Numbered from the whole stretch's first letter, positions 12,449 to 24,400 are shown. The stretch is 63,806 bases of DNA, filler included, from Thelocarpon superellum (GCA_026025795.1; 3 parts of 3 records of this genome joined end to end with filler, not necessarily neighbours in it), one strand, 5' to 3'. Notes: generated from the sequence alone by a model not told the origin. Numbers and translations: made by a program.

Positions 12449-14147
12449 ATGTCTTCTGAGCCACCGATAGGTGAGCTCGGGCACGACGCCCCCTGTTGCT
12501 ATCAGCCCTGATGAGCTGCAGCAGGGTACGCTACCTCGGACCAAACCTCCTTTGCCTACGTCTCCGCTCGAGACCGATGGCCAGTCATCCTCGTGGGAAC
12601 ACCCTCTCCTCGGTCTCAGCACAGTGACTGACCGATCAGACGGGCGCTATCGACGACGTACATCGAGCCACCGCCCAGGCGACCGCAGAAAAATATGACG
12701 AGGGCAAGAGGATCATCGAGTCCTTGGCTACGCTCAAATACGAACTGCAGCACAATCGGGCATTGGTGTATGTGTCCGTCAACGGCTCTTCACCGGGAGA
12801 GTGTCGACTGACAAGGCTCCCAGTCCCATCGCGGATGATGGAGGGCCAGACATTGCGGGGTACAATGAGGAGCTCCGTCAGTTGACGTCGCCGACCTGGT
12901 TCGATGTGCCTTGGCTCTATGCCGAATGTTACATGTACCGGTGAGCGCTTTCGATGATCCACCCGACTCGCGGACGAGTCGCTAACTCCCGTAAGCCAGA
13001 CGAGTGCACAGCCTGTTTGCCCTCACCCAGCACTGGAAGAGCTATGATGTCTTTGCACAACAAAAGCTGTCGTCCTTTCGATCTTCTCGTCCGGCTGTGC
13101 TCGAGCTGGCCGCGCGATATCACGACTTGATGGGCCAGCTGGAGGCCGCGGACCGGCATGTCTCAGCGGAGGCGAACCAGGCGGAACAATTACTCTTCAC
13201 GGAGATGTGCGAGATCTGTCTTTGGGGCAACGCGACGGACCTGTCCCTCCTCACGACCCTGACGTATGACGACATTCAGAAACTCCAAGGGTCCGAGGCA
13301 CGGAAGACGTCGGAGAAGAACGTTTTGGTCAATGATCTCCCGCACGCTTACCAGGCGCTCAAGACGTCGCAACGAGCGGACCCGGGGGGAGAGCGTCGGG
13401 TGGATATTGTCCTCGACAATGCAGGATTTGAGCTCTTTGTGGATCTCATCCTGGCAGGCTATCTGCTGGCGGCCAAGCTCGCGACGACGATCGTCCTTCA
13501 TCCCAAGTCCATGCCGTGGTTCGTGTCGGACGTCGTGCCGGCCGACTTTGCCGCGCTCTTGAGCGTGCTCGCCGATCCTCAAACCTTCTACGCCGCTTCG
13601 GTGGAGGAGCAAGATACGAGCACGCAAGCTCCGGCCCTCTCCGCCGCGGAGGTTGAGCACCTCTCATTCGTCTTCTCGCATTGGTCGGGCTTCCACGAAG
13701 AGGGGCAGCTGGTCATCCGGCCCAATCAGTTCTGGACACACGCGGGGAGCTATTGGCGGCTGCCTGAGTCGGCGCCCCGTCTACATCAGGATCTACAGGA
13801 CAGCGAGCTCGTCATCTTCAAAGGTGACCTCAACTACCGCAAGTTGACCGCCGATGTACGGCCCATGCCCTCGTGACGTGATGATGGGGTCCTCTGTTAA
13901 CGTGTAAACGTGGTAGGCGCCCTGGGACCCAACCGAACCATTTGCAAGGGCGATCGGCCCCTTGGGTCTCGGTTCCGGTATCCGTACGTTGGCATTGCGG
14001 ACGTGCAAGGCAGACGTGGTCGTCGGTCTTCCTCCGCACCGCGACGAGGAACTTCGGGCCATGGCGGACGGGGGAGGGGACAGCGGAGCGCGCAAATGGG
14101 CGTGGACGGGCAAGTGGGCGGTGGTACAATTCTGCGATGGGAAGTAA
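12449..14147 (+). CDS. DUF89/ARMT1-like damage-control phosphatase (YMR027W-like)
   Basis: Multi-exon: MSSEPPI / ...[10 protein letters not shown] / TGAIDDVHR...LKYELQHNR / ...WLYAECYMY / [40 protein letters not shown] / [12 protein letters not shown]...[10 protein letters not shown]. Confidence 0.9.
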
Positions 14148-14946
14148 GGGTGGGGCTAGACGCTGCCGTGAGATGTGCGCGGGTGGTATTCTGTACTCCC
14201 GTCCTCCGTAATGGAGGTCAAGAATGGCCGAACCAAGGGCAGGATTAGACACGGGGCGTTGAGCAGTCGCACTTGACATGGTCGTCGTGGTCACTTGCGC
14301 GGTCCGGACTCCAAGATCAGCTCTGTCCTTCCATTGGTCGGCAGCGCGCGAGAAGTGAAACAGCCGCAGCAGTCGTTCCAAGAATTTGATGGCCGTCGGA
14401 CATTCTTCGAGAGACAGCGGCATTGTTGTTTGGTCGCGCGCTCGGGTGAATAATAGCGGCACGCCACATTTGATTTTCAGCCCCCGGACAGCGGAGGGAA
14501 TTTGGCGGGCGTTCGCGTAGTTGCCCATCCCAGAGTGCCTGGCGTCATTGCGGGCGTATCTTATCTTAGCGTCACCAGCCACCTTTTCCCTGCCACCCGT
14601 TTCACGCTGGCCCTTCCTTCATATTGCGGAGCTTTCGCATCTCTTGTCGTGCCACTCTTGATCTTCTCATCATCGTGTCTGACCCCTTCATTCTTCCCAG
14701 TGACGGTCGGATTAGTTCTGTTGGGGTGCATCATCATTCAAGACTGTCTGACCCGGTGGTTCTCGCCTGCAGCGGACGCAGAAACATCGGTCGGCCTATT
14801 GATCTAGGCGAGCTCACCGTTCGGTTAACCTGCGCCGACGACCTTGGGCGCCCGGTGCCTTGCTTGGCTCAGCTCGCTCTTCGCCTTTGCCCTCGCCCTC
14901 GCCCTCGCCCTCGCCCACGCCGATCGCGAACGCCCCGCCACGCTCC

Positions 14947-16596
14947 ATGCCGCTCAAGCGTCGGTCCTGCCCTGGCGGCCCAGGCGGCCCCACCACCCAC
15001 GCCGCCCACGCCGCCCACGCCGCCAATCCCATCCAAGCTTCGTCAACACGGGAAGCATCCCGCCCCTCGCGGCCCCACCTCGATGGCGCAGAACTGTTCG
15101 CCTTTCGCCCGTCACGACACAGCCATGACCTCGTCGACGACAATGCGACCGACGCCACGGGGCTGTTCGAGGACATAAGTGAGGGATTGGGCTTAGCTGG
15201 CTCGTCGCCCAGTGCACCCTGCCGTCCGGGCTTGACGTCGTCCTCGACGGACTCGTCGACGTCCAAAGCCTCCAGCACCAGCGCCGGCCAGCGGTCACTG
15301 ACCCGCAAACTCGCCAGCGTCTGGAAAGCATCTCCAGCGACCGAGGCACATGCATCGTCAACCCCGACTCGACCGCCATCGGCCAGCTCTCTCTCCTCAC
15401 CTGACAAGGTCTCGCCTGACGCCATGCCGACCTTGACCGGCGACCGACCGTCCGATGGGCACGAGGATAAAGGCGCGGGCCTCAGCTCCTGGTTCCGGGG
15501 CACGTCAGCGCCGGTCAATCTGGGCGTCGCTGTCAAGGAGGAGGCCGGTGTCGATGGAGCCGCGCCCCTTCCCGCCATCGAACCCATTCGACGATCGCCC
15601 AAATCCACCTCGCCTGCGTCGGCCAGTCGATTCTCCTTCTTCGCGGCCAAGTCGACGCCGTCCCTGGTCACATGCTCGAGCGATGAAGAGGTGCTCTCGC
15701 TCGACCTCCGCGCCACCTTATACCCGTCCGGGCCACCCAGCCTCCTCTCGGCCGCATCCTTTCGCGAGCTGCAAGCCAACGCGGAAGCGGTAGTGCAACG
15801 CGTGCAGGCGGCGTACCGCAACCAGAAGCGCGCCCTGGAAGAGCTGAGCCGGGAAAAGGAAGCCCTGCAGGAGGAGAAAGAGGAAGCGGCGACGAAATCG
15901 CGGCATCTCAAGATGCAACTGGAGCACATGGCGGGGCAGGCATCGGACCACGAGTCGACCATCCGCGACCTCCTGGCCGAGCTGACGCTCGAGAAGCAGC
16001 AGCGGCAGGAAGAACGCGAGGCGCGCCGGCGCAGCGTGGCGCTGGTCAAGCACTCGCGCATCGCGCGCTCCAGCATGGCGGCGCCCCCGCCGCGCGACCG
16101 AGCCGGCACCGGCACCGGCACCGGCACCGGCCGCAAGCGCCACAGCAACGCCACGCTACCCAGCGACTCGGGCTTCGACTCGGAGGACGAAAGCTCCGTC
16201 GAGAGCGTCTTCTCGCGCGCGCAGGGTACCACGTCGCCGACCGGCACGCTCTGCTCCAGCACCACGCGGACCACGTCGCCCGAGCCCGACCATCCCTGGC
16301 AAATGAGCTCCCCTACAACCCTCACCACTGCCACGGCGATCACTGGCGCTGCGCCGACCCGACCATCGCCCACCCCGCGCGACTCGACCTTCGCGCGCGT
16401 GCTGAAGGTGATCTCGACCAAGGACAAGGACACCGAACCACTCAATATCGACACCGCGTCGTCGGCCCCCACCGTGCTGACCAAGTCGCCGAAATCCTCG
16501 GCTGAGCTGCAGCGTGAGAATAAGGCGTTGAAGGAGAGGTTGGCCATGCTGGAGGGCACTATTGAGGGGTGTTTGAATGTCGTGGGGGGGCTATGA
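14947..16596 (+). CDS. Uncharacterised Ser/Thr-rich coiled-coil protein
   Basis: Long single-exon ORF with coding-like GC3 bias; central heptads (ELQANAEAVVQRVQ...EKQQRQEERE), SDSGFDSEDESSVESVFSR, terminal coil ENKALKERLAMLEGTIEGCL. Start codon uncertain. Confidence 0.75.
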   Translation: MPLKRRSCPGGPGGPTTHAAHAAHAANPIQASSTREASRPSRPHLDGAELFAFRPSRHSHDLVDDNATDATGLFEDISEGLGLAGSSPSAPCRPGLTSSSTDSSTSKASSTSAGQRSLTRKLASVWKASPATEAHASSTPTRPPSASSLSSPDKVSPDAMPTLTGDRPSDGHEDKGAGLSSWFRGTSAPVNLGVAVKEEAGVDGAAPLPAIEPIRRSPKSTSPASASRFSFFAAKSTPSLVTCSSDEEVLSLDLRATLYPSGPPSLLSAASFRELQANAEAVVQRVQAAYRNQKRALEELSREKEALQEEKEEAATKSRHLKMQLEHMAGQASDHESTIRDLLAELTLEKQQRQEEREARRRSVALVKHSRIARSSMAAPPPRDRAGTGTGTGTGRKRHSNATLPSDSGFDSEDESSVESVFSRAQGTTSPTGTLCSSTTRTTSPEPDHPWQMSSPTTLTTATAITGAAPTRPSPTPRDSTFARVLKVISTKDKDTEPLNIDTASSAPTVLTKSPKSSAELQRENKALKERLAMLEGTIEGCLNVVGGL

Positions 16597-16653
16597 TGTG
16601 ATGTGATGGGGTGAGATGTTTATATATCTGTCAAAGGGTTCATATCTCCCGTT

Positions 16654-16758
16654 GAGAAGAGAAGAGAAGAGGTGAAGGGAGAAGAGGAGAGGAGAGGAGA
16701 GGAGAGGAGAGGAGAGAAGAAGAGAGACGAGAGAAGAGGAGAGGAAAGGAAAGGAGGA
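16654..16758. repeat. Polypurine (GAGAG/GAAGA)n tract between convergent 3' ends
   Basis: ~105 nt of almost exclusively G/A. Confidence 0.9.
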
Positions 16759-17063
16759 CTCCAGGCGGGGTTTACAAAAGTACAGTGCAGCACAGTACAA
16801 CACATCGTAGCACCGTGTAGGCATTTGGTCATTTCATTACCCCATCAGTCAGCCAGTATGTATGTATGGGGAGCCCTAATCTACCTTTCCATCTACCTTT
16901 CCATCCACCATGATCATAGTCATAAACATAATCAAACGCTGCGGCAGCGACGAACAGGCTCACACCTTCACAGACTTGGAAGACGAAGAGAGAGCGAAAG
17001 AGAGAGACAAGACGGAGGACGCAAAGCAAGTACCCCCCTCCCATTCCCCCTTCCACTTACACG

Positions 17064-20000
17064 TCAAAACTCCCCCCTTTCACCTTCCCATCTCCCTCTT
17101 AGAAACACGTCAATCACGGCACGTCCCCTCTCCTCTTGCACTCTTCTCTCCTTCTCCCTCATCCTGCCCTGCCCCGCTGCTCCTGCCGTTGTCCCGGTGC
17201 GGATCATAGCGCGCGCGAAAATCTTCGCGTACCCTTCGTCCACGACCTGTCGCCTTGCTTCGATCGGGTCACGGCTCTGTGTCCGTGCTCGTTTGCTTTT
17301 GCTCGTACGTTTGGGTGAGGATGGAGTCGGCGACAAGGAAGCATCGGCGCTGGTGCTGGAGTCGAGGGACTTGGATTTGGAGGCTGGATGTGGAGGATTG
17401 TTGGGGCTGGGACTGGGACTAGAGCTTGTGAACGGCGCGCTGAATGCCGATGATATCAGAGACGGTGATGAGAGGATGGTGGAGGAGAGCGTGGACGCGT
17501 TGACGGTGGAGTGTGACGTGGTGGACGTCGACGCGGCACAGGAAGAGGGCATGATGGATGAAGACGACGAAGAGGGCGGTGCCGTGTCAGTCCCAGGCCG
17601 TAGCGGGGCCACCTCGGCCGCAACCCGAGCCAGCATGGACGTGAGAAAGACAAAGGAGATGTTGTGATTAGGGGCGCGCGAGAGCACGTCGAGAATCCAA
17701 CTTCGCTCCTCCTCCACGCTGATCTGCTCCTTGGACTTCTCGCGCGCGATCAGGCCCTGTTCAAGCTCGCGCCACAGCGATTCCGTGATGACGCCGTCTT
17801 GGAGGCTTTCGAGGAAGCTGACCAGCACTTCGCTGATGAGTTCCAGTCGTTCGAGCGCCGGCACCTCTGGGGGAAAGAGCGCCCGTGGCTCTTGGTCCGT
17901 GTCAAGCGCTTCGTGCACGTAGGGGCGGTGCGTCGCGCGAGAGCCAGTGTCTTTGTACGTCCACGACTTCGACTTGAACGGCCATCCCACGTAGTTCTCC
18001 CACGGCGCTCGATTCTCTTTGGCCGTCTCCGTCATCTTGCGCTCGGCTACCACGCGTTCCACCAGCTCTTCGACGGCCGCCGTCAGACGGAAGAGCTCTT
18101 TCGGCGCCGACCATTTCTTGTCGTGTTCGACGTTGAGCGACGAAGCTTTGCCCGGTGCCAAGACCCGTACGCCGCCTTCGGGCACGCAGATGAGTTCGTC
18201 GATGGATCGGCCGAAGCACGATTGCAGCCAGCTGGCCCGCACGGAGATGAAGTGGTCCCGTCCGCCGGCCACGCTTAGCACGAGCACCGCGTCCAGCTTT
18301 GCATGCTCGCCGTTGAGCGCTCGTACTAGCTGCATCTCCTCCACGCAGAGCACAAGGTGGACGTTGATGGCGTCACCCGGCTGGATGCAAATCTCGTGGT
18401 TCGCATCGCGTGCAGTCGAACCGTCAAACCGAATGTCCAGCCAGGTCGACGAATCCCCCAGAGCTTCCGTGGACATCGGCCGTGGCATGAAATTCACCCT
18501 GGACGGCACTCGGCTGGTGTTGGCGACGGTTACGGTGCGTACTTTCTGCTGCAGGTAGCAGACGTGACCAAAGTCAACGACGTCGTTGTCGGTGGTCGGT
18601 CCACCGTGAGCAGTACTCACGCCTGGACTTCTGGGTGGGTCCTCATGCGAACGGTCCACCACCAGCGTCACCCCCGGCCGGCTCTCGTTCTCGGCGCGGT
18701 CGAGGTCACGCGCCACCTCCTGATGGACCTTGGCTTTCAGCTCCGGCACCACTCCGTCGTAGCACAAATTGAAGATGGCCGTGATCGGCTTATGGTCCGA
18801 CGACAGCACGCGTTGATGGGAGGTGTAGACCTCGACCCGCACGCGGTCTTGCGAGGCGTCTTTCATTGGAGAAAGGTGAACCCTATCAAGGTCCGCGTGG
18901 AGATCTTCCGCCGCGCCCGGCTCCTCATCGGCTCCATCGGTGTCGGGATCGTAGTCAAAGAGCACGTCTTCATCTTCCGCCGCGGCTTGGTCGACCCCCC
19001 GTGCGTGCATCTCCTGGTCTCTTTTCCGCGCCTCTTCGGCCTCCTTGACCCGGGCGTCGTACGCCTGCCGATCACGCCGCGTGCGGAACAAGATCCGGTC
19101 GCACCAGCTCGGACCCCGTCGCTTTTCCCCTGAGTCGAACACGCCCACACTTCCCACGTCATATTTGTACGTAGGGAGGAAGGTAATAGGCCCTTCACGC
19201 CACCCGTCGTGGAGCACGTGGCCTGCGGCTTGCTGCTGCCGTAATTGATCATGCGGCAATAGCGAGGCCAGGGTCGTCTGCAGTGACGCCGGGTCGGGGC
19301 TGGTCTCTTCCCTGCTTGTCGCGGCGGACGTCGAGGTCGATCGATCTCGTCCAGGCGCCGACATCGGGTCCACTGCTGTAGCGGTAGGATGGAGGTCGGA
19401 TACGTCTACGGCATCGCCGTTGACCGAAACCTTCTCCTCGATCTCCTCCTCCTCGCGGGAGCCAATGTCGTACTCGTTGCGCGTGTGCAGCATCAAAAGA
19501 CGCCGGACATCGTCGCCGGGAAGACCATCCAGGCGGTAGTTAAGGTCGCCAAACCACCACGCCACATCTTCGTCACCAATGGTTTCTCCACCTGAACCTT
19601 CGGAATCCACCTCATCCCGGATCGGATCAAAGCGCGTGCGGTTGACGATCTGCGCCGCGTCCCAGTTACGCCGCTCCAGACTCGTCTTCTCGGCGCCCGC
19701 GGCTAAATGGCAGTTGACGAAGACCAGCGAGGTCGTCTCGGCCAGGACCAGTCGCGCCGCCACGCCCCCTTTGTTGCCCATGTATCCCATCAATCCCGTC
19801 CCCACGTTGACGGTGCTGACCGAGCTGATGCTCGGGGCGATGTTGGGTGAGGCATAGATGAGGAGCAGAAGACCGACGAGCTGCTGCTCGGCGACCAACT
19901 GATAGCCCGGCGATAACGCGTCGCTCAATGCACGCTTCCATCGCTCCGCCGTTGTCGGATCCGTAAAGGGACGAAGGGTCTCGGCCGGCGACGCCACATC

Positions 20001-20450
20001 AACGACCTCTTGCAGGCCCACGACGTAGAGGTCGATAGCGCTCCCACCCGCCAGCGTTCCCCGATCATGCCGTGGCACCGTCGAGGTGCTCGGGTCCGCA
20101 CGTTCTTCCTGATGCTCCACACTTTCACGCTCCACCGTTTCCGCAGCTGGCACCGTGGCCGTAGCGTCCTCCAGACCAGTCAGCGACTCGGACATGGCCT
20201 TGCCCTCGATGAACCAGGCGCCAATGTCGTTCTCGACGCCGGCCTTGGCCGCGACATTCCAGCTGCCGATCTTGACCCGGAGCTGCTGAGGCCGGATATA
20301 GTCCGCACGCCGTGCCTTGACCGCCTGGGCCAAGGATCGCTGTGACGAGGCGGTGGCTGGATGATCGAGACCAAGGGCGCCAGGAAAGGACCCGGGCGTC
20401 GTGGAATACTCGGAGAGACGGGGCGGGAGAGTGCTGCTGGTCCCCGACAT
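17064..20450 (-). CDS. Type II inositol polyphosphate 5-phosphatase (OCRL/INPP5B-like: 5-phosphatase + ASH + RhoGAP-like)
   Basis: IGSWNV, VGLQE, GNKGGV, FVNCHLAAG, WWFGDLNYR, FLPTYKYD, PSWCDRIL and SSDHKP motifs; then VDFGHV...TVANTS (ASH-like) and WSAPKELFRL (RhoGAP-like). Single exon. Confidence 0.9.
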   Translation of the reverse strand: MSGTSSTLPPRLSEYSTTPGSFPGALGLDHPATASSQRSLAQAVKARRADYIRPQQLRVKIGSWNVAAKAGVENDIGAWFIEGKAMSESLTGLEDATATVPAAETVERESVEHQEERADPSTSTVPRHDRGTLAGGSAIDLYVVGLQEVVDVASPAETLRPFTDPTTAERWKRALSDALSPGYQLVAEQQLVGLLLLIYASPNIAPSISSVSTVNVGTGLMGYMGNKGGVAARLVLAETTSLVFVNCHLAAGAEKTSLERRNWDAAQIVNRTRFDPIRDEVDSEGSGGETIGDEDVAWWFGDLNYRLDGLPGDDVRRLLMLHTRNEYDIGSREEEEIEEKVSVNGDAVDVSDLHPTATAVDPMSAPGRDRSTSTSAATSREETSPDPASLQTTLASLLPHDQLRQQQAAGHVLHDGWREGPITFLPTYKYDVGSVGVFDSGEKRRGPSWCDRILFRTRRDRQAYDARVKEAEEARKRDQEMHARGVDQAAAEDEDVLFDYDPDTDGADEEPGAAEDLHADLDRVHLSPMKDASQDRVRVEVYTSHQRVLSSDHKPITAIFNLCYDGVVPELKAKVHQEVARDLDRAENESRPGVTLVVDRSHEDPPRSPGVSTAHGGPTTDNDVVDFGHVCYLQQKVRTVTVANTSRVPSRVNFMPRPMSTEALGDSSTWLDIRFDGSTARDANHEICIQPGDAINVHLVLCVEEMQLVRALNGEHAKLDAVLVLSVAGGRDHFISVRASWLQSCFGRSIDELICVPEGGVRVLAPGKASSLNVEHDKKWSAPKELFRLTAAVEELVERVVAERKMTETAKENRAPWENYVGWPFKSKSWTYKDTGSRATHRPYVHEALDTDQEPRALFPPEVPALERLELISEVLVSFLESLQDGVITESLWRELEQGLIAREKSKEQISVEEERSWILDVLSRAPNHNISFVFLTSMLARVAAEVAPLRPGTDTAPPSSSSSSIMPSSCAASTSTTSHSTVNASTLSSTILSSPSLISSAFSAPFTSSSPSPSPNNPPHPASKSKSLDSSTSADASLSPTPSSPKRTSKSKRARTQSRDPIEARRQVVDEGYAKIFARAMIRTGTTAGAAGQGRMREKERRVQEERGRAVIDVFLRGRWEGERGEF

Positions 20451-21068
20451 CCTCGGACCGAGAGTCCCACACGACAAAGGGACAAAGGGACAAGGTACTC
20501 GTGCCTTTGCTGACTCGTCGTGCCAGGATGATGTGCGGATGGGTTTCTTGTGTCTTGTGTCTTGTGTCTCACGTTGCTTGCTCGCATCCTGATTTATGAC
20601 GTAGCAGATGCAGGGTGCATTGTGTTTGCATCTCACGGAACATGGGGTGGCCGTGAGCAATCGCAGTCATCCAATCTCGCCACACTCACACACCCTCGTC
20701 CGATGAGTGGAGAAATGGTCTCTGCGCGTGACCAAGCTTCGGTCTTGGTGGCCCACGGTATGGCACGAGAGGACCTGATGAACGATCTACCCCAAGCCTC
20801 GGTTGCTGCTACTGATTTCGGAACTCGATGCAATTGAAGATGTGCTGATTGCATTCCACCATCCAACGCAGATTGTGTCGTCTACCTAGGCGTGTAAAGC
20901 ATCGTAACGGCAACCTGGCTCGCTTGCTCCATCCTAAATCAGATGTACACGGTGCACGAGTTGACGACCGAGGCCATCCTCTTTCCCATTCTTCTGATGA
21001 GATGACGAAACGTGGACCCAGTCAACGTGGTGAATTTATGAGTGAAGTTTATTGATGTCTCGGCAACT

Positions 21069-21153
21069 GGGTCTATGGTCTAGGTGGTATGACGCATCCT
21101 TAGCATGGTTTCTATCATGGATGAGGTCCCGAGTTCAAGTCTTGGTGGATCCA
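21069..21153 (+). tRNA. tRNA-Ala(AGC) with a 12-nt intron (21106-21117)
   Basis: Acceptor stem GGGTCTA/TGGATCC with the G3:U70 Ala identity pair; D arm GTC-TAGGTGGTAT-GAC; anticodon stem CATCC/GGATG with loop TT-AGC-A[intron]T; T arm CCGAG-TTCAAGT-CTTGG; discriminator A; downstream T5 Pol III terminator. Confidence 0.9.
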
Positions 21154-21180
21154 AACTTTTTGCATCTTCTTATCCATCAC

Positions 21181-21335
21181 TGTAATAACAGTATCCACCT
21201 AGAAACCAGCCACACCTAGAAACCGGCTACCTCTGGGTAACCTCCACCCACTTCTGGGTAACCTCAGATGTCCTACCACATCTAAATGACAACAACCAAC
21301 TTTTATTCTTTAATAACTTGACAACTATATATGCT
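21181..21335. mobile_element. Possible LTR/repeat fragment truncated by the contig end
   Basis: Begins TGTAATA; abruptly AT-rich and CpG-poor; internal direct repeats CACCTAGAAACC x2 and TCTGGGTAACCTC x2; assembly breaks here. Confidence 0.35.
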
Positions 21336-21435
21336 NNNNNNNNNNNNNNNNNNNNNNNNNNNNNNNNNNNNNNNNNNNNTTAATTAATTAANNNNNNNNN
21401 NNNNNNNNNNNNNNNNNNNNNNNNNNNNNNNNNNN
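21336..21435. other. Artificial contig spacer (44N-TTAATTAATTAA-44N)
   Basis: Exactly 100 nt; the core gives stops in all six frames; identical to the spacer at 42705-42804. Confidence 0.97.
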
Positions 21436-24400
21436 ATGGGGTCACAAGTCAATCGATCCTGCCACTGCTCCATCTGCCCTGTGCCTGCTGCAGTTGCTGC
21501 GCTGGCGTCCGTTAGGGCGGGCGTTGCAAGGGAGGCAAGGTGCGGACGGGGGTCGCCAATTTCGGAAGGGACAGAGGGTTACGTTGAGCTGAGCAGACGA
21601 TGATGCCTGTCGGTCCGCGCGGATGCTACCTTCGTTTCCTGCCAGATTACTGGATTAGCTGCCCGTGGGTCGGCGGTGGAGGCACGAGTTGTATCGGCGT
21701 CGTCATTGGCGGAGCCTGGCGAACGCGCAGCGAGGAGCGGGCATGAGATCGGCGCCCGCGCCGCTGCCGTGTGAACAGGGCCCCCGCGTCCAAGGCTGGC
21801 CGGTGGCGTAGCCTCGGACAATTCGGGTAAATTTGGGGCCAAGCCTCTCCCGCAGTCGGCCACCCACCGCCACTCCCACGCCCCACCTGCCAGCCCTGGG
21901 CTCGATCGTCCCACGATCCCCCAATAGTGATCTTAGTGATCACTAGTCATCGGAGAGCTAACTCGGGAAACTTCGTGGGTTGTACGGCAGTGCAGGGGAC
22001 GCTTCCCTTGAGTTGCGCGATCTGCTGCTCGGCCGGGCCGGGGAGGAGGGGATGACCCGGGGGTGTTAACGCACCGCAAGGTCTCGGACTAGGGACACCG
22101 TGCGTCTTTTGCGTCGCTCGTTTATTTCCGGAAAGGGGCAGCGAAGGCGGCAAATTCGGGCTAAGTCAAGCTCGGGACGACGTTGCGGGAGGTGAAGTAC
22201 TACTCGTAGGGGCTAATGTTAGCAACGACCTATCGGACCGCGCGACCGACGCTCGTCCCAGGTGGGCACTTTTTGCGAACTTTTCCCACAGCTGTGCAGC
22301 AGAGCCCACTTGCAGCCGATCACCCTCAACCCCGCCTCCCCCAAGCCTGGTCGTTTGGTCTGGCAGACAGACCTTCTGCCACTGGTCGGCGAACTCGGGC
22401 GAACTCTCTCACAAGGCTGCAGGTAAAGTGTGGAGCCGTCTGCTCCATCCTGGCCGCACAGTTCGCCCCTCCGGCCGACGCCGAGCCAGATTGGCGTCAT
22501 TACGCATTCTCGTCGGGCTCAGGCTGGAAACCTTCTCCGGCCATTCAGCGTACCCCGCGCGTACACCGCTCTCCGCTAAGCATGGGATCGATGAGGTATG
22601 AGGTCGGGACGGGGGCCATCGTGGTCCGCGAGGGAAGCGGCGACGGGACATGGTACGGCGCGAGCCCATCGCGACCCAACATCGCGTCGGTGACTGCCTA
22701 GTCTGCTCTGGCCGATGCCTGTCGGGACGTACAAGGATCCATCCCACCGGGAGAAGGGAGGGGCAGAGCGTGCGCGTATCACGGATGCGGGTGCTTCATC
22801 ATGGTCGAGCGTGGCCTACGCGCACCCCCCGGACCCGGCACCGTCCTGTATCTCGTGGTCGCCTCCGCGTTTGGACGTGGTCCAACCCACGCCGCGACCC
22901 GAGGCCTAACAACCCCAAGCGGCGAGGTCGTCGGACAGCGGCAAAACTCATGACGACCGCTATCCGACGGGCTGTTGGTGGTGAACGATTGGCCGGCGGG
23001 CGTCTGAGGATTGGAACTTGGAGCTGTGTCTCGGAGGCATGTGCGTGGGTGGCATGGTGGATGCGTCGAGGACGACGGGGCTTCCACGAGCTCGCTCGAC
23101 CGTTGCGATTGCTTACCGCAGTACCAACGGAAGCGAGACGGGCAAATGGCCCGGAGCTCGTGGGTCGCGCTACTTTTCGAGCGGCCGTAGCGTGGATCGC
23201 GCCGTCTTTGCCTTTGGCACTAAGTGCTGCACGTCGCTTGCGTAAGGCGATGGCATTTATAGACCATCTTACCAAGCGTCGGCAGCACGGGCAGCACGGT
23301 CGGCGATTGGTCCATCGGGCCCTGAAACAGCCCGGACAAGGTTGTGCGCGCAACAGCTGAAGCGCTGCCGAACTGCTGCTGCCGAACTGCTACTACCGGC
23401 GCAGCGGGCCCTGCCACTGTCAGGACAAGGACAATGTGCGCAAGGCATTAGTGCTGGTGTGGAGACGAAGGGACCTGACGCAGCGCGATTCAAGCGCAGC
23501 TTGTGCCGTCTGTGGCCTCTTGCCGATTGCCCCCAAATTCCATGTCCAGGCAAATGTACTTGATTCAGTAAAAGGTTTGCGGCGGCGCTCCAGCGTCACC
23601 CTAACAGCGTAGTACGGGACCTACCACGTAAATCGTACGCATCGGCGATCCCGTCGTCCGTGGGCGTGTTCGACGTCAGTGCCGCTGCAGTAGCAGAGCT
23701 GCAGTAGCAGGTGTCACCGCACGTGAGCCCGGAGGAACATCCTGCCTACCACCCCACGCTTGATCGCTCGACCGCCAACCCGCTTGACCGCTTGACCGCT
23801 TGATCGCCTGCTGGCGGCTCGCGCATGGTGGCATCGCCCACGCATCGCTCTCTAGCAGGCCGTGACGTCGTAACCTCGAGACGGTGAAGCTGCTTTGCAC
23901 CATCGCCACCGGGACCAGCCCAACGATGTCGCACTGACTAGAACGGCCGTAAGAAGGGTCCAGTTACTTTCTACGGTCAAGATCGACATCGTCATCCGCG
24001 ACGAAGCATCCTTGGACGATGCTGCTCATCGACGCCGATGCATTTCGCCGGGCGTCGCGTTCGTGACTCCCTGCTCGCCTCGAAGGAATGCCAGCACCGC
24101 CAGGACGTTTTGTCCCGTTCTGGTCCTATGTAAAACTCATGCCAGCACAGCGCTTGGGAGGATTTGAGCGGACCCTACGCATCGGCTCCTCACGGCGCCT
24201 CCCGTCTCTTAGTCTTACGGCTGAGGGCAGCAGAGCTTCACCAGAAGCCAAAGGAACACCGCGACTGCCGTACGGAGTTAGGAGATATCCTGATAAATTC
24301 CTAATAACCACGGAGACAACAACATCGGATATAACGAAGGATTCGGTCGCTGGAGCCGCGCCGCAGAAATCTTCGAGCCCTGGGAAAGGCTGTTCGAAAT

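Noticed and set aside
21380..21391. TTAATTAATTAA palindrome as a biological site
   Set aside because: Centred in N runs and repeated identically at 42749-42760; an artificial linker.
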